A stretch of DNA of 64,000 nucleotides from Candidatus Poribacteria bacterium (GTDB lineage Bacteria; Poribacteria; WGA-4E; WGA-3G). Numbering within the stretch: position 1 is the first letter of the stretch; each line of letters opens with the position of its first letter. Below, one piece after another: positions 19,629 to 29,540 of this stretch. The notes under the pieces were generated by a model. It was not told the DNA's origin. It ran no database searches and saw only the letters and a list, made by a program, of their open reading frames with translations. The position numbers and the translations under genes were made by a program. The stretch lies in NCBI GenBank assembly GCA_965215265.1, contig OZ244048.1:1536001-1600000 (forward strand), given 5' to 3'.

Positions 19629-22600
19629 ATGCAAATCAATCTTCCAGAGATACGTCAACACCTGAAAGCATTCGACTTCGAACGCCTCTTTAATGAACTC
19701 GGTTGGGATGCGCATGCCCAAACGCTCACCGTCACGGTAGATGAAACCGACTATCAACTCACCGCCATCGCCCAGAAACGCGGCCTAGTCGCCTTTGAAT
19801 GTCCTCCGGCAATCGAAACCGACGGACATCCCCCCGATTACGCAACACGCCGTAGCATTCAACGACGCGTCGCCAAATCTGTACACGAACACTTTATTAT
19901 CTACACGGACGCAGAGAAAAACACACAGATATGGCAGTGGCTCAAACACGAACCCGGCAAACCCGCCGCATCTAGAGAACATCGCTACCATAGAACACAA
20001 CCCGGCGACTCGCTACTCCAAAAACTCCAAACCATCGCTTTTAGCTTGGCGGAGGAAGAACAACTGACGCTGCCAGACGTGACTGGACGTGTTCAGGCAG
20101 GCTTTGACGTTGAAAAAGTCACCAAACGCTTTTATGAGCAGTTCAAAAGGGAACACGCCGCCTTTCTCAGCTTCCTCAAAGGGATTCCTGATGAAGAGAT
20201 GCAGCGCGGGTATGCCTCTGTGATGCTCAATCGCTTGATGTTCATCTATTTTATTCAGAAGAAGGGGTTCCTCGATAACGACGACAACTATCTACGCACC
20301 AAACTGGCAGAGAACCAAGCCGCCAGTGCCGCCGCGCCCCCCTCATCCAATAGATACTACAAAGAGTTCCTCTGTCCGCTCTTCTTTGAAGGGTTTGCGA
20401 AACCGGAAGCGGAACGCAGCCGAGAGATGCACCGCTTGCTCGGAAACATCCCATACCTCAACGGCGGCATCTTTCAAAAACACGAGATTGAAAAACTTCA
20501 CGGGGAAAAGATTGAGATTCCAGACGCGGCTTTTGAACAGATTTTCACCTTCTTTGAACGTTACCAGTGGCATCTAGACGAGCGCCCGCTGCGAAACGAT
20601 AACGAGATAAACCCTGATGTGCTGGGTTACATCTTTGAAAAGTACATTAACCAGAAGCAGATGGGTGCCTACTACACGAAAGAGGACATAACGGAATATA
20701 TCAGCAAAAATACGATGCTTCCGTTCCTATTTGATGCGGCGCGGCGTTCGTGTAGAATCGCATTTGAAGGGGACACGTCCGTGTGGCAGCTGCTACAAGC
20801 GGAGCCTGAGCGCTACGTCTACGATGCGGTGAAACACGGTGTCGCCTTAGATTTACCACCAGAAATCGCCGTCGGTATCAACGAGCCCACTAAACGCAAG
20901 GAATGGAACACGTTGTCCCCTGCTGAATACGGGTTGCCGACGGACATTTGGCGGGAAGTTGTAGCACGCCGGCAACGTTACGAAACCGTCCGCACTAAAC
21001 TCGCAAATGGCGAAATAAGGGACATCAACGCGCTGATAACAGACAACCTCAACATTCGTCAATTCGCGCAAGACGTGATTGAGAGTTGTGAAGGGCCCGA
21101 GCTGCTCCGTGCGTTTTGGAAAGCGATGACGCAGCTAACTGTGCTGGATCCGACGTGCGGCTCCGGTGCCTTCCTTTTCGCCGCGCTCAATCTCCTCGAA
21201 CCGCTCTATGAGGCGTGCCTGGATCGGATGCAGGCTTTCTTGGACGAGGAAGCGCACCACTCCCGTAAATATACCGACTTCCGACAACTCCTTGAGCGTA
21301 TCCAGCAGCACCCTAACCGCCGCTACTTCATCCTCAAGTCCATCATCGTCAACAACCTTTACGGGGTAGACATCATGGACGAGGCTGTTGAGATTTGCAA
21401 GCTGCGGATGTTCCTGAAACTGGTGGCGCAGATTGAAAATGTGAGGCAGATTGAACCGCTGCCAGACATAGACTTTAACGTGCAGGCAGGCAACACACTC
21501 GTCGGCTATGCCACTTATGAGGAGGTAGAAAAAGCCGTCACCGGTAAATTAGACTTTGACGACACGATGGGGCGGATTGAAGCACGTGCAGAGGACGTTG
21601 AAAGTTTGTTTACGCTGTTTCGTCAGCAGCAAACCGCGTTGGGCGGGACAGTGAACCCGTCTGACAAACAGAAGTTGCAGGGTAAACTGAAGGAGTTAGG
21701 GTCCGAACTGAATCAGTACCTTGCGGGAGAATACGGTGTGAAGACTACACAAATGTATAGTGGAAGGGGGGGGGAAATAGAGAAATTACAAGTGACGCTG
21801 CTTATCAGGCGTGGCTTTCTTCACATAAGCCGTTCCATTGGTTCATCGCGTTTTACGGCATCCTCAAGAAGGGCGGGTTCGATGTGATTATCGGCAATCC
21901 ACCGTATGTGGAATATAGCAAGGTGAAGAAAGAGTACACCATCAAGGGATATGAGACAGAGAAATGTGGGAATTTATATGCGTTTGTGTTCGAAAGGAGT
22001 TTCCAGCTGCTTCAAAAGAGCGGGTGGAAATCGATGATAATCCCTGTTTCAGCTTACAGTACTGATAGAATGTTTCCCCTCCAAGCTCTATTTCGTCGCT
22101 CCAAGCGAGTTGGGTGGGTGCAAACATACGATGTTTTTCCTTCAAAATTGTTTGTCGGAGCAAAGCAACGGCTGGCAATTTATATCGTTCAACAGAGCTC
22201 GCAACCATCTCCAGCGTTATACGCGACGCGCTATAATAGGTGGCATGAACCCTTTCGCGAACATCTCTTCGCCCTTATGGAATATACAGATGTCACGCAG
22301 ATGTCCGCTCAACATTCAGTCCCCAAGGTTCACAGCGCTATTGAACAAAGCATCTGGAACAAACTGTCTCAATTCTCAGTCTTAGAGACGCACCTTACCG
22401 CAAGACGTGTCCCACACACAATCTATTTCCATAACGCGCCGTACTACTTTATGCGGGCAATGGACTTTATTCCTTACTTCTGGAATGAACGAGATGGGGA
22501 GAAAATCTCAACACATCTCAAACCTCTATATTTAACAACCGCACTCGAGGCAGCCGTTGTTGCAGCTACAATGAACAGTTCATTATTTTATTGGTGGTAT

Positions 22601-22927
22601 GTTATTCTCTCCGATTGCCGTACTTTAAACTTGCGTGAAATTAGAAGCTTCCCTATCGGCGTTGCGCAAATGGAAAAATCCATAAAGCAGAATCTCTCTG
22701 CACTCTCCGCTGATTTGATGCAGGATTTAAAGCGCCACGCACAACGCAAGGAGACAACCTACAAAACCACCGGGCGTGTTGTCTATGATGAGTTTCACCC
22801 GCGTCATTCCAAATCCATCATAGACAAAATTGACCGTGTGCTTGCACAACACTACGGTTTTACGGATGAGGAATTAGATTTCATCCTCAACTACGACATC
22901 AAGTATCGGATGGGGTTGGGGAAGTGA
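19629..22927 (+). CDS. Eco57I-like N6-adenine methyltransferase with TRD, frameshifted at a G9 tract (21766-21774)
   Basis: GAYYT and DPTCGSGAF in ORF1; PFHWF...GGFDVIIGNPPY continues in the frame of ORF 21884-22927; one extra G fuses the two frames. Confidence 0.85.
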
Positions 22928-23392
22928 TAAAGCCAATTGGCTGATGGCCCAAACGAATGCGAATTACCCAATTACCCCGAGCGGTTACGTAAATCTTCGG
23001 GCAGAGACCTCTGAAATTACCTTGACACGGTGAAAATTATCCATTCCGACGGTATAATTCCAACTTAGAGGTAGAAATTGCCCTTATATGCCAGAAACTT
23101 CCGTGGATAAGAAAAAGATTCATTTACGCCCATTTTTTGTAGCAGGCTTGTGAGAAAGGGGTTCTTGTGAAGGATGTGTATTGTTGGGTGTTAGAATCAG
23201 GCTATGCAGGATTTTAGGATTTTCAGGAGAAGCGGCGATTTGCGAGATTGAAATCTTTTTCGCCGGTTTTTTGCGTCGAGCAGATCCCGCTTTGGGATGA
23301 CTGACAGGTTTTCCTCATACAGAGACCTCGCCATCGCCCCTACTGTCAACTCAGGGGAAAAAATAGGGGAGAATGAGATAAGAAAAAGAGGC

Positions 23393-23421
23393 TTGACTTT
23401 TGTTGGAAAATGTGGTTTAAT
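23393..23421 (+). promoter_or_regulatory. Putative sigma70 promoter
   Basis: TTGACT-17 nt-TTTAAT about 40 nt upstream of ATG 23462. Confidence 0.4.
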
Positions 23422-23461
23422 TTATATAAACGTTTCACATGAAAGTAGCAAAGTTCGGATT

Positions 23462-24252
23462 ATGAAAACAACAGCACAATCAACCATAAAATATGAGAAT
23501 CCGCCCATTGATGAGATTGTTTGCGGTGTCCGTTTCGATCCAATTAAGCAGTTGCAATCCGGACATTTCGGCATACTATGGCAAAAGTTTAGGCCCGATT
23601 TCCGAAAACCGAAGATCAAAACTTGGTCGGTCCGGTGTCTAAAGAAAAACTTGAAAGCCCTATCAAATTTCCATTACCAAGGGTCTGGTTCATACACAAA
23701 AACGAAAACGAGCTTATCCAAGTACAACGGAATCGCTTCCTTTACAATTGGCGGCAAAGACAACCGGAGAATAAATATCCGGGTTACAAAGAAGTTGCCG
23801 AGAATTTTGAAAGATACCGATCTCGTTTCCAAGAATTTCTAGTAGAGGAAAACTTGGGAAATTTCGTGACAAAAGAATACGAATTAACCTACATAGATCT
23901 CATTCCGCAAGGGCAAGGCTGGGAAAAACTCGGCGATATGGAAAAAGTCTTCCCAAATTTGTTATCTGTAACAAGACAAGGGCTACTTTCAACCGATGTA
24001 AGAGCGATCCATTGGCAAACTGTCTTGGGCCTACCAAACGGCATAGGACAATTAGGAATTTCGATTCGTAACGCTAATCGAATCTCTACTAATCAACAGA
24101 TTATCGTTATTGAATTTAGGGCACGAAGTAACCGGCCATATCAACGTATGCATGCCTGGTTTGAGGCCGCGCCTGACACAATTATCAAACTTTTTTCTGA
24201 TCTCATCAGCGACGAAATTCAAGAGAAATTCTGGGGTCGAAAATCATGCTAG
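23462..24252 (+). pseudogene. TIGR04255-like protein, frameshift near 23602
   Basis: YENPPIDEIVCGVRF start; continues in another frame as PRVWF...LIQVQRNRFLYNWR...YPGY. Confidence 0.7.
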
Positions 24253-24704
24253 ATCGCTACACGCAGCCTACAGCAACGATAGGTGGAGACATAAACTTTA
24301 TCTTCTACTTAGAAGAAAAAGAAAAATTGGATCCTTCAAAACTCTTCCGGCAAAATACAAGTGCATTCTCTGAATTCGGCTTTACTACAGGAACAATAGT
24401 CGAAACTATAAGTTCTTCGTTCGGTGAAGAGGAAATGCCAGAGATTCCAGAGCCCTCTACGCAAAACACAATTACATCGCGCGAATTAAGTTTTGAGGAA
24501 GAAATTGTATCTGGAATAACACAAGACTTTACAGATCAACCCGTGCAACAATTTGACTTTCTTTCCTACAATGAAGAAGATCTCCTTGATTGGGATACTG
24601 CTATAATTGCTCCACCTCCTCGTCCATCAGGCACAATACGGGTTAAGTTAAAATACAAGGGACGGAGTCAACCTTTTCCTGCTGAAAATTTTTGGGAAGA
24701 ATAG
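24246..24704 (+). CDS. Acidic hypothetical protein
   Basis: 152-aa ORF overlapping the upstream stop; middle gene of a three-gene operon. Confidence 0.55.
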   Translation: MLDRYTQPTATIGGDINFIFYLEEKEKLDPSKLFRQNTSAFSEFGFTTGTIVETISSSFGEEEMPEIPEPSTQNTITSRELSFEEEIVSGITQDFTDQPVQQFDFLSYNEEDLLDWDTAIIAPPPRPSGTIRVKLKYKGRSQPFPAENFWEE

Positions 24705-24734
24705 GTATTAGCCCCTTTAGGAAATATTTTAGAA

Positions 24735-25268
24735 ATGGCTTACCCTTGGTATTGTTTAGTAAATAGTGATGAACTAGAACAAGGAGACATCTTAGAACAC
24801 TGTCCGGTGTTTGCTCCACCCCTTAATTTAATTCTCTTGAAGACGAGGAAGCAGATTTTACGTGGAAGAATCGCGATGTTATTATCATGTCTCAAAGTTG
24901 TGATTTAGTGAAGGGTAGAGAAAAAGTGAAGGAAGTGTTACTTTGCACGATATGGAATCGCTCAGAACTTGTAAAGCTTCCAGGCGGGAACTTATCCGCA
25001 AAATCAGGTATGGAACAAGTTCGAAAAGGGCGATTGCCCAGTTTACAAATGCTTAAACAAATGTGAATTACCGCATACAGAAAGAGACTTCAGAGTTGTT
25101 GACTTTCGCAGCACTTATACACTCCCAATAGATTTTTGCAGAGCGTTTGCGAGAAAATCTAAAAACCGCATTAGAGTCCTATCTCCGTATCGGGAACATC
25201 TCTCTCAAGGCTTTGCTCGTTTTTTCAGGCGGGTTGGTCTACCTACCGATGTTCCTCCATTCAGATAA
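24735..25268 (+). pseudogene. Conserved hypothetical (SQSCD motif), two frameshifts; absent from ORF track
   Basis: Manual translation MAYPWY...LEQGDIL / IIMSQSCDL / VVDFR...LSPYREHLSQGFARFFRRVGLP with shifts near 24830 and 25055. Confidence 0.7.
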
Positions 25269-25536
25269 TCTTATGCGTGCGGTGCCCTCTTGTCGGAGCC
25301 CCGGGCTTCTGCGCGCGGGTGCGCTAACAAGCCGAGTCGGCTTATGTCAACGGCACCGGGGCGACAATCGCCCGGCACCCTACTGTGGGCTCGTATTGGC
25401 TATTCATCTATTTGTGCGTGGACAGCGTGCTTCGGCACGCCTGCCCACCCGCAATCAAACCGATAACGACTTATAAACCTAACCGATGCGATAACCGCAT
25501 CGACAACGGACACATCGTCCGAAAGGATATTTTGAA

Positions 25537-26145
25537 ATGAAAGATTGGATGAACGCGAAAAAAGGCATCGTGATTTTATTGGGCGGGCTGGTGTTAGTGT
25601 TTGCCTGCTACGGGCTGGTAAGAGCGCAATACGGCTTGAAGCCCGTTCAATCAGAGACGCGGCACATCGCCCCGCCGGTTGGGGGGCTCGCAGGGCTCGA
25701 GAGTGACTTGCCTGCAGTCTCCTCTGACTCGGTTTCTCCTGAAACGGTTGCAGAGTGGTTGTCCCTCTTACGTGCGAACGATGACGGTTCAGCCGTCTTT
25801 GCACAGGGGATAGCGAACCTTGAACAGGTGCTGTGGGAGATGCAGCCTGTGGAGCGGCCGCGGCTGTTAGCGAACTATCCGAATCCGTTCAACCCAGAGA
25901 CGTGGATACCTTATCAACTGGCAGTGCCAGCGGATGTGGAGATATCCATCTATGCGTTGGACGGGCGGTTAGTCCGGACGTTAGCATTGGGACATCAAGC
26001 GGCGGGCCGTTACGAGAGCAAGGCGCGTGCCGCGTATTGGGACGGGCGCAACGCCTCTGGTGAGCGTGTTGCAAGTGGTATCTATTTCTATACGCTGCGC
26101 GCCGGCGACTTCTCCGCGACGCAGAAGATGTTGATTAGGAAGTAA
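25537..26145 (+). CDS. Small secreted protein consisting mainly of the conserved C-terminal sorting-type domain
   Basis: Signal peptide, DDGS..F.QGIANL helix and NYPNPFNPETWIPY...KMLIRK. Confidence 0.8.
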   Translation: MKDWMNAKKGIVILLGGLVLVFACYGLVRAQYGLKPVQSETRHIAPPVGGLAGLESDLPAVSSDSVSPETVAEWLSLLRANDDGSAVFAQGIANLEQVLWEMQPVERPRLLANYPNPFNPETWIPYQLAVPADVEISIYALDGRLVRTLALGHQAAGRYESKARAAYWDGRNASGERVASGIYFYTLRAGDFSATQKMLIRK

Positions 26146-26296
26146 AGGGAGACAGATGTGTAAGGGTGTGTGTGCCGTCTGCGTTTGACGCGGCGGTCCC
26201 GCCTCCAACCCCTCGTATTTTTAGCCGCGAGTGTTTCGCGGCATTTGGAGGACTCTAATGTATGATAAAAACGTGTCAAAGGTTTGGAGGGCTGTA

Positions 26297-29029
26297 ATGA
26301 ATAATAAAAGCGTGTCAGTGATGTTAGCAATATTGGCGTGTATAGTTTTAAGTTTAGGGAGTGTTGGCAATGTGTGGGCACAAAGGGTAAGCGTGGCTGC
26401 GGATGTCGGTGTGCTTTCGGCTGTGAAAGGTGATGCGGATGTGAATGGTGATGGCCGTGTGGATATAGTGGATTTGGCACTGGTAGCGGCGCGCCTGGGA
26501 ACCCGCGGTAACAGTTCGGCAGATTTGAACGGGAATAGTGTAGTGGATATAGGGGATGTGGCGTTAGTAGCAGAGGGGTTTAACGGTGCGGCGTCTGCAC
26601 CTGCGGCACCTGCGTCTGTGCCTGCAGGGATGGTGCTCATCCCCGGCGGCACCTTCCAGATGGGCAGCGATGCTGCTGATGCGCGGGATAACGAGCAGCC
26701 TGTGCGGAGGGTGCATGTGGACGCGTTCTATATGGATACGCACGAAGTGACTAACGCGGCGTATCAAACTTTTGTGCTGGCGAACCCGCAGTGGCAGAAG
26801 GGGCGTATTTCGGATGCCTTCCACAGCGGTAAGTACCTAAAACATTGGGAAGGTAATAACTATCCAGGGGGTAAAGGGGACCATCCTGTGACGTATGTGT
26901 CGTGGTATGCGGCGATGGCATATTCTGCGTGGGCAGGGAAGCGTCTTCCAACGGAGGCGGAGTGGGAGAAAGCGGCACGCGGTGGGGAGGCAGGCCGGAA
27001 GTATCCGTGGGGAGACACGATAACGGCGAACGATGCGAACTACGATAGGAATGTAGACGATACGACTTCTGTGGGGAGTTATGCTGCGAACGGGTATGGG
27101 CTGTTCGACATGGCTGGGAACGTTCACGAGTGGTGCCTTGATGAATGGGATAAGACATTTTATGCTGCGTCTCCGTCTCGTAATCCGCTGCGTGGTGTGT
27201 CTGGTAGTACGCTTGCGAATGTGGCTGAGATTGTAGCGGACTACACAGGCGTAAATGTGAACTTAAAGCGGGTTTTGCGGGGTGGTAATTGGCGTGCTGA
27301 TGCACGTTACCTGCGCGTCGCCGATAGGTTCAAAAGGGAGCCGACGTTCACGGAAAGCTTCGCCGGGTTTCGTTGTGTGAGTGCAGAGCCGCCGCCGGAG
27401 CTCCCCACACCGCCGGAACCACCCACACCGCCGGAGCCACCCGCACTGGAGCCGGAGCCACCCGCACCGCAGGCACCTGCAGGGATGGCCCTCATCCCCG
27501 CGGGCGAGTTCCAGATGGGCAGCAACGATGCCGAGGCCGATGGTGACGAGCAGCCTGTGCGGAGGGTGCATGTGGACGCGTTCTACATGGATACGCACGA
27601 AGTGACGAACGCCGAGTATAGAAGTTTTCTGCTGGCGAACCCGCAGTGGCGGAAGACGCGGATTCCGGATGCCCTCCATGATGGTAATTACCTAAGCGAT
27701 TGGGACGGTAATAAGTATCCTAAGCGTAAGGGGGACCATCCTGTGGTGAATGTGTCGTGGTATGCGGCGATGGCGTATGCGGCGTGGGCAGGTAAGCGTC
27801 TTCCAACGGAGGCGGAGTGGGAGAAAGCGGCGCGCGGCGGTTGGCTAGGGTTAAAGTATCCGTGGGGAAAGACGATATCCTCTGTGCATGCGAACTACGG
27901 TAGGAATGTAGGGGACACCCGTCCTGTGGGGAGTTATGCGGCGAACGGGTATGGGCTGTTCGACATGGCCGGCAACGTTTACGAGTGGTGCCTTGATGCG
28001 TATAATGTGGATTTTTATTCTGCGTCTCCGTCTCGTAATCCGCTGAGTGGAGTGTCTGGCAGTATGCTCGCGAATCTGGATGAGATTGTATCGGACTATA
28101 CCAATATTGAGTCTTCTCGCGTGTTGCGCGGCGGTAGCTGGTCCTTTGATTCACTCTTCCTGCGTGCCGCTAATCGCCGCGGGGATACCCCTACAGACAC
28201 CAACGGCAGCTACGGGTTCCGGTGTGCGAGGGCTGTGACTCCTTCCGTGCCGCCGGCACCGGGAGGGATGGCACTCATTCCCGCGGGTGCCTTCCAGATG
28301 GGCAGCAACGATGCCGAGGCCGCTGGTGAAGAGCAGCCTGTGCATACGGTGTATGTGGACGCGTTCTATATGGATACGCACGAAGTGACGAACGCCGAGT
28401 ATAAAAGTTTTGTGCTGGCGAATCCCGAGTGGCAGAAGACGCGGATTCCGCCTGCACTCCACAATGGTAATTATCTAAACCATTGGGACGGTAATAACTA
28501 TCCAGTGGGTAAGGGGGACCATCCTGTGACGTATGTGTCGTGGTATGGTGCGATGGCGTATGCTGCGTGGGCAGGGAAGCGTCTTCCAACGGAGGCGGAA
28601 TGGGAGAAAGCGGCACGCGGGGGGTTAGTTGGTAAGAAATACCCGTGGGGAGACACGATAACGCCGGACGATGCGAACTACGGTAATAATGTAGGCGGTA
28701 CAACGGCTGTGGGGAGTTATGCAGTGAACGGGTATGGGCTATATGATATGGCCGGCAACGTGTGGGAGTGGTGTCTTGATGCGTATAATGAGGATTTCTA
28801 TTCTGCGTCTCCGTCTAGTAATCCGCTGAGTGGTGTGTCTGACAGTATGCTCGCGAATCTGGATGAGATTATAGATAACTATACCAATGTTACCTCCTCT
28901 CGCGTGTTGCGTGGCAGGGGTTGGGCCGATAATCCGCGTACCGTGCGTGTCGCCGCTCGCTTCGGGCCTCCGCCGACGCTCACGTTCAACAACCTCGGGT
29001 TCCGGTGTGCGAGGGCTGTAACCCCTTAA
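26297..29029 (+). CDS. Secreted dockerin plus three tandem FGE-sulfatase (C-type lectin fold) domains; candidate DGR target
   Basis: GGAGG before ATG 26297; three copies of FQMGS...RLPTEAEWEKAARGG...DMAGNV.EW...GFRC separated by Pro-rich linkers. Confidence 0.9.
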   Translation: MNNKSVSVMLAILACIVLSLGSVGNVWAQRVSVAADVGVLSAVKGDADVNGDGRVDIVDLALVAARLGTRGNSSADLNGNSVVDIGDVALVAEGFNGAASAPAAPASVPAGMVLIPGGTFQMGSDAADARDNEQPVRRVHVDAFYMDTHEVTNAAYQTFVLANPQWQKGRISDAFHSGKYLKHWEGNNYPGGKGDHPVTYVSWYAAMAYSAWAGKRLPTEAEWEKAARGGEAGRKYPWGDTITANDANYDRNVDDTTSVGSYAANGYGLFDMAGNVHEWCLDEWDKTFYAASPSRNPLRGVSGSTLANVAEIVADYTGVNVNLKRVLRGGNWRADARYLRVADRFKREPTFTESFAGFRCVSAEPPPELPTPPEPPTPPEPPALEPEPPAPQAPAGMALIPAGEFQMGSNDAEADGDEQPVRRVHVDAFYMDTHEVTNAEYRSFLLANPQWRKTRIPDALHDGNYLSDWDGNKYPKRKGDHPVVNVSWYAAMAYAAWAGKRLPTEAEWEKAARGGWLGLKYPWGKTISSVHANYGRNVGDTRPVGSYAANGYGLFDMAGNVYEWCLDAYNVDFYSASPSRNPLSGVSGSMLANLDEIVSDYTNIESSRVLRGGSWSFDSLFLRAANRRGDTPTDTNGSYGFRCARAVTPSVPPAPGGMALIPAGAFQMGSNDAEAAGEEQPVHTVYVDAFYMDTHEVTNAEYKSFVLANPEWQKTRIPPALHNGNYLNHWDGNNYPVGKGDHPVTYVSWYGAMAYAAWAGKRLPTEAEWEKAARGGLVGKKYPWGDTITPDDANYGNNVGGTTAVGSYAVNGYGLYDMAGNVWEWCLDAYNEDFYSASPSSNPLSGVSDSMLANLDEIIDNYTNVTSSRVLRGRGWADNPRTVRVAARFGPPPTLTFNNLGFRCARAVTP

Positions 29030-29050
29030 ATCTTTACCCCTTTACCCCTC

Positions 29051-29068
29051 CGAGCTGCGTGCAGCTCG
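29051..29068. other. Perfect GC hairpin 21 nt after the stop (candidate DGR cis hairpin)
   Basis: cgagctgc-gt-gcagctcg, no U tract. Confidence 0.5.
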
Positions 29069-29147
29069 TATCGAATGGAAAAAGCCCGAATAGCAAAGTT
29101 TGATGTTGCGGAATTTGAATGAAATTCCGCAACATCAAATGTTGTCA

Positions 29148-29321
29148 TCACGAATCTTCTCTATCGATGCGCTGCGGCAACCGGTTGACTTCTATCTCTG
29201 TCTGGATAGAGGCACCCAGCCCAGAGAAGGGCAGCGCGAGGAACTCTTTGAAGAAAGGGTCCCAAAACTTCCGTTTGCTTTGTGTTTCTTTAGATGTCTC
29301 TGGTGCCGTAGTTTGCCTCAT
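29148..29321 (-). pseudogene. Short gene fragment, possibly N-terminus of an Rpn/PD-(D/E)XK-like protein
   Basis: 57-aa frame ...WDPFFKEFL...EIEVNRLPQRID; TTGACA-18-TATACT upstream. Confidence 0.3.
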
Positions 29322-29436
29322 CTATCTGCTTAGACGCTCCACTTCTCATAATAAAGTATAGCAGCCTCCCTATTATTTTGTCAAGGCCGTCTCCAGATGT
29401 CGCTTCTCAAGGCGGCCTCGGTGCTTCTCTGAAAAC

Positions 29437-29480
29437 AAAAAAACCAGGGGCAGCCATGTGAGGGTGGCTGCCCCTGGTTT
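29437..29480 (-). terminator. Rho-independent terminator
   Basis: 16-bp stem aaaccaggggcagcca/tggctgcccctggttt followed by a T run on the minus strand. Confidence 0.8.
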
Positions 29481-29540
29481 AGGTTAGGTTAGTTTAGTTT
29501 AACTTAGATTTCACTGAGTTTATTCTCCCGAGTTAAGTTG

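Noticed and set aside
25147-25476. 109-aa ORF
   Set aside because: Out of frame with the real pseudogene tail and runs through hairpin-rich DNA
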